Below are positions 20,470-30,828 of a stretch of 64,000 nucleotides of DNA, one piece after another. Every line of letters starts with the position of its first letter. The first letter of the stretch is position 1. The stretch is from the NCBI GenBank assembly GCA_017622235.1, contig JAGARN010000001.1, positions 1,238 to 65,237 on the forward strand. Direction: 5' to 3'. The position numbers and the translations under genes were made by a program. A model generated the notes under the pieces. That model was not told where the DNA came from, ran no database searches, and worked only from the letters and a program-made list of their open reading frames with translations. This DNA is from Spirochaetaceae bacterium (lineage in GTDB: Bacteria; Spirochaetota; Spirochaetia; Treponematales; Treponemataceae).

Positions 20470-20811
20470 TCAGCGAGTTGTAGTAATTTCGTTCCAGCCA
20501 CTTACAAGACGATCAATAACAGTCTGGGCTAAACTCAAAGACATACTAGCTTCTGCCATGGCTATAGTTACATCATGTATATCAATTGAATCGGGATCAG
20601 TAATCATTTTTTCAACGTTTTCTGTCGAAGAAATCTGTTTGCCATTAACATAGTTGACCGCATCCATAAGGTAGTTTTCAAAAGAGCCTGTAACTTTCTT
20701 TTTACCATCAGTTCCTTCCTTTACCTCTGAATTAGAAGCAACAGAAGAAACTATAGCCGAAGATCCAATATGTGCAGCATTTGTACGAATCAAATCAAAA
20801 CTTCCTAACAT
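20470..20811 (-). CDS. fliE: Flagellar hook-basal body protein FliE
   Basis: DIHDVTIAMAEASMSLSLAQTVIDRLVSGWNEI. Confidence 0.93.
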   Translation of the reverse strand: MLGSFDLIRTNAAHIGSSAIVSSVASNSEVKEGTDGKKKVTGSFENYLMDAVNYVNGKQISSTENVEKMITDPDSIDIHDVTIAMAEASMSLSLAQTVIDRLVSGWNEITTTR

Positions 20812-20846
20812 TTCTTTGCCCCTTGTATAGCAATACTATACACAGA

Positions 20847-21302
20847 TTATCGTGCAATTTCCAGTGCACTATTGAACATATCTTTTGAACCTTGAATTAC
20901 AGATGAATTTGCCTCGTAGGCTCTAGAAGCTGAAATCAAGTCAACCATTTCATTTACCACATTAACATTAGGATATTCAACATAACCAGCATTTGGACCT
21001 GATTGAATCGCATCTGGATGAGTGGGATCATAAACCATTCGCCCCTGTGTTGTATCAGAAACAATACGACTTACTTTTACGCCCTGTCCTGGTCCATCAT
21101 CTATTGCAGCAGGAACATACGGATTTCTAAAAACTGTTCCTTGCCCAAGTGATTCAAGAATTAATGTCTTTTTTTGGAATTTTCCACCCTCTGGAGTTCG
21201 TGTTGTAGAAGCGTTTGCAATATTATCAGCAATCACATCTGTACGAAGCCTCTCTACACTCATTCCTGTTGCTGCAATATTAATGCTTGTAAAAAGTCCC
21301 AT
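20847..21302 (-). CDS. flgC: Flagellar basal-body rod protein FlgC
   Basis: NIANASTTRT, YDPTHPDA, PNVNVVNEMVDLISASRAYEAN. Confidence 0.96.
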   Translation of the reverse strand: MGLFTSINIAATGMSVERLRTDVIADNIANASTTRTPEGGKFQKKTLILESLGQGTVFRNPYVPAAIDDGPGQGVKVSRIVSDTTQGRMVYDPTHPDAIQSGPNAGYVEYPNVNVVNEMVDLISASRAYEANSSVIQGSKDMFNSALEIAR

Positions 21303-21316
21303 TTTATCCCCCTATT

Positions 21317-21739
21317 TTACAGCTTTTGCATAGCGATTTTTACTTGAGAAAACTCAAATGCCTGCATCTGTGTCAAAAGTTGATAGTTCATCTGCGTTTT
21401 CAATATTTCCATAGCTTCTTGTTCAGCATCCACATTGTTCCCATTAGCTTTTGAAGTTGTTAAATAGTCCGTAACCCTACGTGGTTCAACAGTTCGATAA
21501 TCAATAGCACCTTCGGACTGAATGTGGCGTGAATCTGTAGTAATCATCTGAAAGGAATCCGCTGCTTTTTCCTCTGACTCAAGAGCCTTTTTAAGTTGAC
21601 TTTCAAAATTTACTGAAGTGCGTTTAAAGTTGGGAACCTCTGCATTTGCCAAATTATTTGCAGAAACCTGATAGCGAAGAGTACTAACATCCATTGCTCT
21701 ATGCAACAAGTCTACTGATTTAGTAAATGTGTTCATCAA
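21317..21739 (-). CDS. flgB: Flagellar basal-body rod protein FlgB
   Basis: ANNLANAEVPNFKR, NGNNVDAEQE. Confidence 0.95.
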   Translation of the reverse strand: MMNTFTKSVDLLHRAMDVSTLRYQVSANNLANAEVPNFKRTSVNFESQLKKALESEEKAADSFQMITTDSRHIQSEGAIDYRTVEPRRVTDYLTTSKANGNNVDAEQEAMEILKTQMNYQLLTQMQAFEFSQVKIAMQKL

Positions 21740-21788
21740 AGTCCTCCAACAAAAGCAGTTTATTATTCGAAACTACCCATATACTATA

Positions 21789-21815
21789 TCTTCGGCAGAG
21801 AAAAAATGTAGTTTA
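21789..21815 (-). promoter_or_regulatory. sigma28 (FliA) promoter of flgB
   Basis: TAAA-15nt-GCCGAAGA on the minus strand, close to consensus TAAA-N15-GCCGATAA. Confidence 0.75.
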
Positions 21816-21868
21816 GAGGTTTATTTAATAAAACTACAATATGATGTCTTTTACATAAAACACGCATA

Positions 21869-23038
21869 TTATTTTAGAGAATTTACCAACTCAGCAATAC
21901 GGTTTAAAGCTAGTTTTATTTTATTTATATCTGTTGCATAACAACAACGTATATGACCTTCACCACCCGCACCAAAAACAGAACCTGGCACTACTGCAAC
22001 TTGATATTGTTGAATAAGTCGAGCAGCGAATTCCTCAGAAGTAAGACCTGTGGAACGTATATCAGGGAAAATATAAAATGCACCTTCCGGTTCTACAACA
22101 GATAAGCCCATTTCTGTAAAGGCTTTGTACATTAAGTTTCGCCGTTGCTGGTAAGAAACACGCATCTTTTCCACTTCTGCCCAACCATTTCTTAAACCTT
22201 CCGCTGCTGCATATTGGCTCATAATTGGAGCACAAATTGATGAATATTGATGGAGTTTATATATCTGTTCCATAAGTTCTTCTGAACAGCATAAAAAACC
22301 TATTCGCCAACCAGTCATAGCAAAAGCTTTTGAAAAACCGTTAAGCACGATTGTATAATCTTTCATCCCTTCCACAGAAGCGATGGAACAATGTTGATTT
22401 CCATCATATACCAGCTCGCAATATACTTCATCAGAAAGAACCCATATCTGGTGTTTTTTTACTACCTGAGCAATCTTTTCTAGTTCATCCTTTGGAATAA
22501 TCCTACCAGTTGGGTTACTCGGGCTGCAAAGCATTATAGCCTTTGTTTTTGGTGTTATTTCTTGTTCAATCTGCTGTGCTGTAGGGTAAAAGCCATTTAC
22601 AGACGTATCTAAATGCACAAGTTTTGTATCACACAAAGACGCTAAGGGTTGGTAGGAAACATAACAAGGTTCACATATAATTATTTCATCCCCAGGATTA
22701 AGAATTGCTCTAAGAGTTGCATCTATTGCTTCTGAAACACCTATGGTTATAAGTACTTCTTTTTTTGCGTCATAATGCATATTGTAGCGACTTAAGTATT
22801 TTGAAATCTCTTCTCTAAGTTCTAAAAGTCCCCAATTAGACGTATAAGAAGTATGCCCCTGCTCTAAGTGATAGTAAGCTTCTTCTCTCATAAGCCATGG
22901 AGTAGAAAAATCTGGCTCACCTACACCAAGAGATATAATATCATCTCGACCTTGAATTAACTCAAAGAACTTTCTTATTCCAGAAGGCGGAGCTTCCATC
23001 ATTTTTTGCGAAAAACGGTCATTTCTTGTATTCATCAA
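21869..23038 (-). CDS. PLP-dependent aminotransferase class I/II
   Basis: ISLGVGEPDF, PSNPTG, SDEVY, GFSKAFAMTGWRIG. Confidence 0.93.
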   Translation of the reverse strand: MMNTRNDRFSQKMMEAPPSGIRKFFELIQGRDDIISLGVGEPDFSTPWLMREEAYYHLEQGHTSYTSNWGLLELREEISKYLSRYNMHYDAKKEVLITIGVSEAIDATLRAILNPGDEIIICEPCYVSYQPLASLCDTKLVHLDTSVNGFYPTAQQIEQEITPKTKAIMLCSPSNPTGRIIPKDELEKIAQVVKKHQIWVLSDEVYCELVYDGNQHCSIASVEGMKDYTIVLNGFSKAFAMTGWRIGFLCCSEELMEQIYKLHQYSSICAPIMSQYAAAEGLRNGWAEVEKMRVSYQQRRNLMYKAFTEMGLSVVEPEGAFYIFPDIRSTGLTSEEFAARLIQQYQVAVVPGSVFGAGGEGHIRCCYATDINKIKLALNRIAELVNSLK

Positions 23039-23520
23039 GCAATTACTCCTTGCCGCCTATCTTTTTTTTCATCAACATAAAGCACATCGTTTTCTTTGTA
23101 AGTTTTAAGTACGAAATGGGTCTTGGTGCTTTTTACACCATTTAGCGTAGAAAGTTTTTGTGCCACAAAAAATGCCACATCCTGCAAAGAATCCCCTTCA
23201 ATTATAACTTTAAAATCATAACCGCCAGACATCAGGTAAAGAGATTTTACTTGAGGAAATCTGAAGATTCTTTCCGCTAAAGCATCAAAACCATGTTCTC
23301 TCTCTGGCGTAACTTGTATTTCTATCTGAGCCCTAACTTTTTCTTTTGCTTGAGCTATTTTTTCTGGATTCACTATGGCAGCATATTTCATGATAATGCC
23401 ATCTTCTTCTAGCTTTTTTATTATGGACTCAACCTCTGTAGCAGTCCGTTTAGTCATAGCTGCTATGTCTTCTACCGACAAGCGAGCGTTATCTTGTAAC
23501 AAATTTAAAATTTCTTCCAT
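23035..23520 (-). CDS. Lrp/AsnC family transcriptional regulator
   Basis: N-terminal HTH (LQDNARLSVEDIA) and RAM domain LYLMSGGYD; overlaps the aminotransferase start. Confidence 0.92.
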   Translation of the reverse strand: MEEILNLLQDNARLSVEDIAAMTKRTATEVESIIKKLEEDGIIMKYAAIVNPEKIAQAKEKVRAQIEIQVTPEREHGFDALAERIFRFPQVKSLYLMSGGYDFKVIIEGDSLQDVAFFVAQKLSTLNGVKSTKTHFVLKTYKENDVLYVDEKKDRRQGVIA

Positions 23521-23641
23521 AGCTGAATTCCTTCAAAATTATCTGATTACTACAATATACTTTTTTTTGTTAATGTACAATAGTTTTAACATACAGTAAT
23601 ATTCATTGAACAAAAGTCTTTGTAGATGATATACTTTTATC

Positions 23642-24238
23642 GTGAATATTAAAGACAATTTAAGAGAATATTTTTCCCTATTTATTGCATTTTTTAAAAT
23701 TGGCTCTATAACCTTTGGTGGTGGTCTTGCTATGCTACCTATAATGGAAAAGGAACTTGCAGAAAATCGCAACTGGACAACAAAAGAAGAACTTTTAGAC
23801 TATTACGCTATTGGTCAATCCACACCAGGAATAATAGCAGTAAACGTAGCAACCTTTGTAGGATATAATCGCAAAGGGATATTAGGGGGCATTGTAGCCA
23901 CTGCAGGAGTTGTCGTACCTTCCATAATAATCATTTCAATACTTGCAGAATGTATTAGCAGTCTTTCACAAATTGAATGGATGCAAAAAGCTTTGGCAGG
24001 AATAAATGTTGCCGTAACTGCATTACTAACAAAAACTGTATGGCAATTTAGCCGCCGCTCAATAAAAAACTTCTTCTCTTTTATTATTTTTGCCGCCGCC
24101 TTTTGTGCCATATATTTTTTTAACGTAAACACAGTACTAGTAATAGCTACAGGTGGTATTCTTGGAATACTATTAAATTTTGTACTTTGCAACCCTAATA
24201 AAAAAAAGTCAAACACTGATAAGGAGCAACCTAAATGA
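23642..24238 (+). CDS. chrA: Chromate transporter family protein (short-chain CHR, N-half)
   Basis: FFKIGSITFGGG, GQSTPGIIAVN. Confidence 0.9.
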   Translation: MNIKDNLREYFSLFIAFFKIGSITFGGGLAMLPIMEKELAENRNWTTKEELLDYYAIGQSTPGIIAVNVATFVGYNRKGILGGIVATAGVVVPSIIIISILAECISSLSQIEWMQKALAGINVAVTALLTKTVWQFSRRSIKNFFSFIIFAAAFCAIYFFNVNTVLVIATGGILGILLNFVLCNPNKKKSNTDKEQPK

Positions 24239-24795
24239 GTCTCTTGCAACTAATGTTTGTTTTTTTCTACGTTGGATTATTTACAATCGGCGGCGGTCTT
24301 GTAGCTATAAGTCTTATGTACGAACCAATAGTTGGCGGAGGCTTAATAAACTCAGAGGATTTCTATAACATGGTAGCTATTTCAGAGTCTACACCTGGTC
24401 CGATTGGGATAAATATGGCCACTTACATCGGTTACGAACTTTATGGACCTTGGGGTGGAATTGCAACAACCGCTGCGACAGTGTTACCTTCTCTAATTAT
24501 TATCATGCTAATCGCAAAGTTTTTTTCTAGCTTTCACGACAAGCCATTGGTAAAAGCAGCCTTTACAGGACTAAGACCTACAGTTACCGGAATGATTTTA
24601 GTTGCAGCTGTTCAAGTTTTCGAGATTGCCATATTGAAAGGTAGTCCAACTCCAGAAAGCACTTCCTGGTATAATGTATTTAATATACCAGCACTAATAT
24701 TTTATATAGCTACAACCCTCACACTATTGCGTACAAAACTACATCCAATAATTGTAATTGCTGCAGGTGCTGTATTCGGAGTGATACTTCTTTAA
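24235..24795 (+). CDS. chrA: Chromate transporter family protein (short-chain CHR, C-half)
   Basis: GLFTIGGG, SESTPGPIGINMATYIG. Confidence 0.9.
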   Translation: MSLLQLMFVFFYVGLFTIGGGLVAISLMYEPIVGGGLINSEDFYNMVAISESTPGPIGINMATYIGYELYGPWGGIATTAATVLPSLIIIMLIAKFFSSFHDKPLVKAAFTGLRPTVTGMILVAAVQVFEIAILKGSPTPESTSWYNVFNIPALIFYIATTLTLLRTKLHPIIVIAAGAVFGVILL

Positions 24796-24801
24796 TTTTA
24801 A

Positions 24802-26874
24802 CTAAGCTTTTGCTGCCCCGGCTTTGGCAGCAGCTGCAGCCTTCACACTTTGGACAAATAACGTATTTTGATCTTCCCTTCCCTGAACAGAAAAAACTGG
24901 ACTGCCATCTTTCTCTGAAGTACGACAGATAGGTATATCCGAAGAAACATAGGCGGGGCTATCTTTATCGCTAATCCACCAGTTAAGAACAGCAGCTACA
25001 GATAAAGTATATTTTAGTAAGTTTAAATTTGTAGCTTTGGTCTTTTCTTTGCCCCGCCTTGCACCAAGAAGTACATCTATACGATGAGAAACTACGTTAG
25101 GAATATCAAAGCTATATGGTTCTAAGATATTTGCTATTTCTTGAACGGAAGTTTCATTTTTTACGGCATTGTCTGCAGCCACTGTAATTCTTTTCAACTC
25201 TGATACAAGAAGAGATACCCGTAAAGAAAGTGGACGCATTTTTGATTCGTTAGATGGTTTTTCTAGCAACAACTGTTCAAATTTTAAATGGGGCAAATAA
25301 TTATAAAAAGTATGCCATTGCATATTCGAAATAAGTCTTTTTCCGTATTGGCTGTAAGCAAAATCTTTTTGAGAGTATAGCTTATTCACAAAATCTTTAA
25401 GATACGGAACGTAAAGTTTATCAAACAATGTTTCACGATATGCTGACCAATCATTCATAACTTGAGCTAAAGAATCCGCCTGAAGTACTGACTTTGCATC
25501 GTTTTTGGATGAATCTTCTACCAAACCAATATTACGGCAACCTTCAAGCAAATCTTCTATTATTTTGATAAGAATTATGGTAATTTGTAAAGGGTTTTTC
25601 GGCGAAAGTAAATTTAAACCATCTGGAAAAGAATATAATGGCTGGAAAAATGGATACATATCTGGCAAATTTTCTATTTCAAGCCACCCTGCACCAGGAA
25701 AAATCCTATCAAGAACCTTTATTCCTGATTGAACAAGCTCTATTTCTTTTTTTTCAATGGCTTTCTTTTGTTGCTCCTTTATTTGTTCTTCTTCCGTTTT
25801 TTCAGCTTTTGCCACATCCAAATTAGGCTCAGCAGGTTTTTTTTGCGGAAGAACAACATCAAATTTGGTCATACCCAAAAAACCAAAAACTTTAGGCAAC
25901 TGCTTGGTCATAAGTTGCTGAAAATCCATATATTCTGAGCAACACATTCTTAAAAGCAAAGGATACATTCCCTTAATAACTCGATTGTAAAGATAAGACC
26001 ATTCCACCGCAATTTCTCGTATCAAGCTCTGAACCCTATCTTTTTTTACATCTGGATATTGCCTAAGTTCTGCGGTTATAACTTGAAGTAATTCTGCAGA
26101 TTTTGTTTCTCCAAGAAAATAAAGGGTAAGCAAAAGTCTGTAAATTTGGCGAACAAATGGAATCATACTTGTTATGGTTTGCGAAGAAGAATTACGCTCT
26201 AACTTACGAAAACTTTCTTCTAGTTCTTCTACATTCCATGAACTTACAGTCCTAAGGAACATATATTTTGGTTCATCACCAGAAGCTATTTTGTTGCGAT
26301 ATGATTCTGGTGAAAGATTTATTAGTTCTTTAACATTCGTCTGAAAATTCCTTATTCTAAGCACATAGTTTTTTGCAGAAATAGTAATAAACATAGGTGC
26401 AATTTTTTCTTGTCCACCTTTGGTAAAAACAGCAAAAAAATTGAAAATTCCATAACTTTGTTTGATTTTGTAATCAGGCGACATCATTAATTTGTCAATT
26501 TTATTTCTTTCTTTAGGAGATATAGCTGGCAACACATCTTTTCTTTCTACTGGCTTTGCTTCGTCAAATTGCGAACTTACAGAAGATTTTTCAGAAGTAA
26601 CAAAATCCTGTACATTCTCTTCTGTGTTATCATAAGACCTAGATTTTCTCTCTCCGTTTCTTAAGTTACGGGTTTTCATTGCAGAACGAACTTTTTTTAA
26701 GGCAACTTCGTCCACCGGTGCAGATTTTTCAAATCCAATTTCTCCACCAAGAATTTTTGTCATCTTTAAAGCTTCTTCTTGGTCGATAGAACCAATATTT
26801 TTTCTAGTTTTATCTAACTCTCCCGGTTCGTAACGGTACACAGGTTGTTTTTTTGGTGTATTCTGTTCTTCCAT
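24802..26874 (-). CDS. Large hypothetical protein, helical
   Basis: 690-aa ORF with GAGGA SD; no recognisable motif. Confidence 0.75.
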   Translation of the reverse strand: MEEQNTPKKQPVYRYEPGELDKTRKNIGSIDQEEALKMTKILGGEIGFEKSAPVDEVALKKVRSAMKTRNLRNGERKSRSYDNTEENVQDFVTSEKSSVSSQFDEAKPVERKDVLPAISPKERNKIDKLMMSPDYKIKQSYGIFNFFAVFTKGGQEKIAPMFITISAKNYVLRIRNFQTNVKELINLSPESYRNKIASGDEPKYMFLRTVSSWNVEELEESFRKLERNSSSQTITSMIPFVRQIYRLLLTLYFLGETKSAELLQVITAELRQYPDVKKDRVQSLIREIAVEWSYLYNRVIKGMYPLLLRMCCSEYMDFQQLMTKQLPKVFGFLGMTKFDVVLPQKKPAEPNLDVAKAEKTEEEQIKEQQKKAIEKKEIELVQSGIKVLDRIFPGAGWLEIENLPDMYPFFQPLYSFPDGLNLLSPKNPLQITIILIKIIEDLLEGCRNIGLVEDSSKNDAKSVLQADSLAQVMNDWSAYRETLFDKLYVPYLKDFVNKLYSQKDFAYSQYGKRLISNMQWHTFYNYLPHLKFEQLLLEKPSNESKMRPLSLRVSLLVSELKRITVAADNAVKNETSVQEIANILEPYSFDIPNVVSHRIDVLLGARRGKEKTKATNLNLLKYTLSVAAVLNWWISDKDSPAYVSSDIPICRTSEKDGSPVFSVQGREDQNTLFVQSVKAAAAAKAGAAKA

Positions 26875-26894
26875 AATTTCTTCCTCAAAACCAG

Positions 26895-27965
26895 TTATAG
26901 ACGCATAAGTTGTTTACGTACCATACCTGAAAAATCTTTGATTGTAACAAGTTGCCCATCTTTCGTTTGTATTGCCCCATCAAAAGTTCCATAGATTGAA
27001 CGACCTTGAGTACGCAAAATAAATATACTTAAAGTCCTTGAATGCTCTGAAACAGGAGTAAATGAAAGGTCAACCATATTTTCTGTATCTTGAATTATCC
27101 ATTTTCCCTTTATTCCAAATGGATAGGTTATTTTTACAGGAGGCAGGGGCGTTACCTGCCCATCGTAAAACAAAAAGTTATCGTTGTAAACATCGGAATT
27201 CGCTGCATCAATATTGGAAGAAGAAATACTAAAAGACAAACATTTATCCTTAATCATCCCAGCAGCCATTGCAGAAACAACTTTTAACCTAAGCTTATAA
27301 TAAGCTCTTGTAACTTCTAGTAATACACTTCCTTCTGAGCCATACTGAACTGGCTGAGTATGTGCTCCGTGTTTTTGAAGAGTGATACTACCTACGAGAG
27401 GTCCTGTTCTAAACCATTTTGCCATACACCGCCGCATAACTGGAGCTGGCAATACAACAGAAGCCGCACAATGAGCAGGATTGTCCATTGCAACATTAAA
27501 TGCTGCCGACACATCAGGTCGTGCAGAATCCCCTTGCAAATCAAATATTGTTGAAAGGCAATTACGGCTTGTATCCCAACTGACACGGATGTATCTACGG
27601 CGACTAAAAGAAATACATACTCCTGTATCGGTTTTTTTTGGAACGATACGTCGCCTAGGACCTATAACTGCACGATATGCCAACTTACGCCCCGTATTCT
27701 TTTCCCACAACACAACCTCAGCGTGACCAAAAAGTCTTGCATCAAAAAAATCTATTCCACCGATGAATTCTTTCGTATTAAACATATAAAACAAAGAACT
27801 ACGAATACGTAGATCCGTTATAAAAGTAGGTAATGGAAGAACCCCAAATGGTCGTTCCACACCCCTAATATCCAATTTTTTTGGAACATCTGAGAAAGTG
27901 CCAAAAACAGGTTTTCCGTTTTTTATAAGCTTTTCTGGTGGTTCTATAATTTTTCTTGAATACAC
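26895..27965 (-). CDS. DUF2804-like protein
   Basis: WIIQDTENMVDLSFTP...IYGTFDG C-terminal pattern. Confidence 0.6.
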   Translation of the reverse strand: MYSRKIIEPPEKLIKNGKPVFGTFSDVPKKLDIRGVERPFGVLPLPTFITDLRIRSSLFYMFNTKEFIGGIDFFDARLFGHAEVVLWEKNTGRKLAYRAVIGPRRRIVPKKTDTGVCISFSRRRYIRVSWDTSRNCLSTIFDLQGDSARPDVSAAFNVAMDNPAHCAASVVLPAPVMRRCMAKWFRTGPLVGSITLQKHGAHTQPVQYGSEGSVLLEVTRAYYKLRLKVVSAMAAGMIKDKCLSFSISSSNIDAANSDVYNDNFLFYDGQVTPLPPVKITYPFGIKGKWIIQDTENMVDLSFTPVSEHSRTLSIFILRTQGRSIYGTFDGAIQTKDGQLVTIKDFSGMVRKQLMRL

Positions 27966-28020
27966 GCCACAAGCCCCGACAAATAATTATACATAAAAGT
28001 TTTCAAAATAGCAAAGGTTT

Positions 28021-28596
28021 TTAATCTAAATGTTGTTTTAAATAAGTTTTTAGAGCGTTTCGTGCCGAATCAAAGGCCAAGGGCAAGTTATCTATATCTG
28101 AATCTGATTCCACCTTGTGTAACGAAAAACTTTCTACTTCGCTTTGTTGTGGGGTAAGACTTGAAATTAAATCTGAAGAAGGAAAGTCCTTTTTTAATTT
28201 GGCAGCAAAAAAAATATCGCAAGTTTTATAAACAATATCTTTGTATTCGTAGGTATTTGGACTTGTACAAACAAAACTAACAGAGGCGGGAGTTATACCC
28301 GTTTCTTCTCTACATTCACGAAAAGCAGCTTCTTCTGCCGACTCATTTGGGTCAACAAAACCACCAGGTAATGCCAAAAAACCTTTTCGGGGTTCTTTTG
28401 CTCTAGTTTCAAAAAGAATTCTACCTTGAGCATCTTTAATAATTAAACCAACAGAAGCAGCAACATTGTTAAACAAATCAAAACCACAACTTGAACAAAC
28501 CCAGTGTCGTCTTTGCACATATGTTATGGCGGATTTTTGTCCGCAACACGGACAAAACTTAAACACAGCATTTTTATCAGACATATTTGCCTCCAT
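28021..28596 (-). CDS. NUDIX hydrolase with N-terminal zinc ribbon
   Basis: CPCCG/CSSCG; Nudix box GGFVDPNESAEEAAFRECREETG. Confidence 0.92.
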   Translation of the reverse strand: MEANMSDKNAVFKFCPCCGQKSAITYVQRRHWVCSSCGFDLFNNVAASVGLIIKDAQGRILFETRAKEPRKGFLALPGGFVDPNESAEEAAFRECREETGITPASVSFVCTSPNTYEYKDIVYKTCDIFFAAKLKKDFPSSDLISSLTPQQSEVESFSLHKVESDSDIDNLPLAFDSARNALKTYLKQHLD

Positions 28597-28606
28597 AAAA
28601 TTTATC

Positions 28607-30733
28607 TTAAGAATAAAATCGTGCTGTAAGAGCCTCTGCTAAAACATCAGCACGTTTTAGAGTTCTAATAAAAAGCGGCACAATTAAGGGTAACAGCTTT
28701 TTTATTTTTTTTACAAAACCTTTTGTATCTCCAAGTCCGCCACGAATAATTTGGACTTTTATTATTAGTGCTGCCTCTTCTGCAAGCAATGGAACAAAAC
28801 GATAAACTATTCCAGCTACCATTGTTACATGACGTACTGGTATTTTAAACCATGTTAAGGGTTTAAGCAAATTTTCTAACCCCTCTAACACTTGTTGTTC
28901 ATTTATACTGTAAACAAAAACTGCAAGAGTAATAAATGCCGTTAAAAGGTGAAAAAACATCATTAAAGTCGAGTGTAATTTGCTAACTGTAAGAACAAAC
29001 ACACCAACCGAGAATAAAACTTTATCTTGAAAATCTGTTGGCAAAAAAAACATCTGCAAAACAAAAAACAACAACACCCAAGGCAAAATCTTAAGCAAAG
29101 ATTTAATCATTTTTACCACAGGGTAGCGAGCTAGAACAGCGTAGGCAAAGGAAGCAACAAAAAAAGTAGCGGCAAGGGGAATAGTCTTTGTAACAAAAGA
29201 GGCAACAAAAAGAAACAAAAAAACAATATATTTCCACAAAGCTGGCAAAGCTTGTATCGCTGATTTTTTTACAGAACCTACAGAAAAATTAGTTCCGCAG
29301 TTTCTTAAAAAATCTAAAAGCTGCAAGCCGCCCCTTTTTTGAACAGGAGGCAACGAAGTGTTACATTCCATCTGTAACTGAGTATCTTCTATGCAAACAG
29401 AATAATGAGCTTCTAAGGCTTCTTCTTGTCTGTGAGTGGTAAAAACAACAGTCTTACCAGATTCTGTAAGAGATTTAAGTGTTTGCATTACGGAACGGCG
29501 GCTTTTTGCATCTAGCCCCGCAGTAGGTTCATCAAACAATAGAATTTCTGCATCAAGAGCTATTATACTAGCTAAAGATAATTTTCTTTTTTGCCCACCA
29601 GAAAGAGAAAAAGTTCTTCTTTCTGCAAAAGTATCAAAAGGAATATCAGCCGCCTCCATAGCAAAACGAACCCTTTTTAAAAGTTGTATTCCAGAAAGCC
29701 CCTCGTTTTTTGGTCCAAAGGCAACATCGTCAGCAGCAAATTCTTCAAACAAAGCACGTTCGCAAGCCTGTAGTGCCAATACCGGAACACTGCTACACTT
29801 TACACAACCAGATTGAGCTTCTAACAATCCGGCGGCTAATTCTAGCAAAGTAGATTTCCCACTACCAGAAGAACCCATTAATGCGGTTAAGCAACCTTTT
29901 TTTATTTCTAACGAAAAGTCCTTAAAGATTTTATCCTTAGTTTTGTTTGTATTGTCGTATCCAAAAGTTATTTTATCAAAAACAAGTGCCGCCTCTTTGC
30001 ATTTTTCAACAGTTTGTGTTTTTTTGGAATAATCCTCTTTAGGAAAAGAATAATCTTTGCCGAATAAACTAGATACGAAAGATTTTTTTTCAAAAAATTC
30101 TTTCGTACTTCCATCAAAAACGAGTTTGCCATCTTCTATTGCTAAAATTCTAGTGGCTTTAGCTGCTTCTTCAATATCATGGGTTATATGAAGTAAGGTT
30201 GCTCCCTGTCTATACCATTGCTCAAACAAATCAAGAATATAAGTCCTAGATTGAGCATCTATCATGGAAGTAACTTCATCTAAAACAAACAAATCGGGAT
30301 TCATTGCCTTTATTCCAGCTAAAGCTAATTTTTGCTTTTGACCTTGAGAAAGTTGGTGGGTTTTTGATTCAAATTGATTAAGTAAACCCACAGAATCAAG
30401 GGCCTCTTTTGTACTTTGTTCCACTTGAACTGGAGTAAAATTTAAATTTTTAGGACCAAAGGATGTGTCGTTTTTTACGATTCCTGCAACAATTTGATTA
30501 TCTGGCCACTGAAAAACCATTCCACAACGAACATTTTGCTGCAAACAAAGGGATCCTTTTGTAGGGAAAAGCAAACCACTTATAATACGACCAAGAGTAC
30601 TTTTACCTGAACCGTTCATACCTAAAATGGCTACATATTCACCTTGTTCAATCTTAAAACTAACATTCTCTAATGCCACAATTTTGCTATCAGGGTAAGA
30701 AAAAGAAATATTATTTACAGCAACCATAGACAT
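28607..30733 (-). CDS. ECF transporter fused ATPase-ATPase-transmembrane (EcfA-EcfA'-EcfT) protein
   Basis: Two NBDs (GMNGSGKS/LSQGQKQ/DEVT and GSSGSGKS/LSGGQKR/DEPT) plus C-terminal EcfT-like TMs with IRG and ARF motifs. Confidence 0.85.
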   Translation of the reverse strand: MSMVAVNNISFSYPDSKIVALENVSFKIEQGEYVAILGMNGSGKSTLGRIISGLLFPTKGSLCLQQNVRCGMVFQWPDNQIVAGIVKNDTSFGPKNLNFTPVQVEQSTKEALDSVGLLNQFESKTHQLSQGQKQKLALAGIKAMNPDLFVLDEVTSMIDAQSRTYILDLFEQWYRQGATLLHITHDIEEAAKATRILAIEDGKLVFDGSTKEFFEKKSFVSSLFGKDYSFPKEDYSKKTQTVEKCKEAALVFDKITFGYDNTNKTKDKIFKDFSLEIKKGCLTALMGSSGSGKSTLLELAAGLLEAQSGCVKCSSVPVLALQACERALFEEFAADDVAFGPKNEGLSGIQLLKRVRFAMEAADIPFDTFAERRTFSLSGGQKRKLSLASIIALDAEILLFDEPTAGLDAKSRRSVMQTLKSLTESGKTVVFTTHRQEEALEAHYSVCIEDTQLQMECNTSLPPVQKRGGLQLLDFLRNCGTNFSVGSVKKSAIQALPALWKYIVFLFLFVASFVTKTIPLAATFFVASFAYAVLARYPVVKMIKSLLKILPWVLLFFVLQMFFLPTDFQDKVLFSVGVFVLTVSKLHSTLMMFFHLLTAFITLAVFVYSINEQQVLEGLENLLKPLTWFKIPVRHVTMVAGIVYRFVPLLAEEAALIIKVQIIRGGLGDTKGFVKKIKKLLPLIVPLFIRTLKRADVLAEALTARFYS

Positions 30734-30828
30734 GATGAAAGTATATACTTTTTTTCAGTATTACCGCAAGTTACGCCCCCTTTTCAAAAGTCTTTTACAT
30801 AGCAAAAAAAAACGATATAATTGAACCC

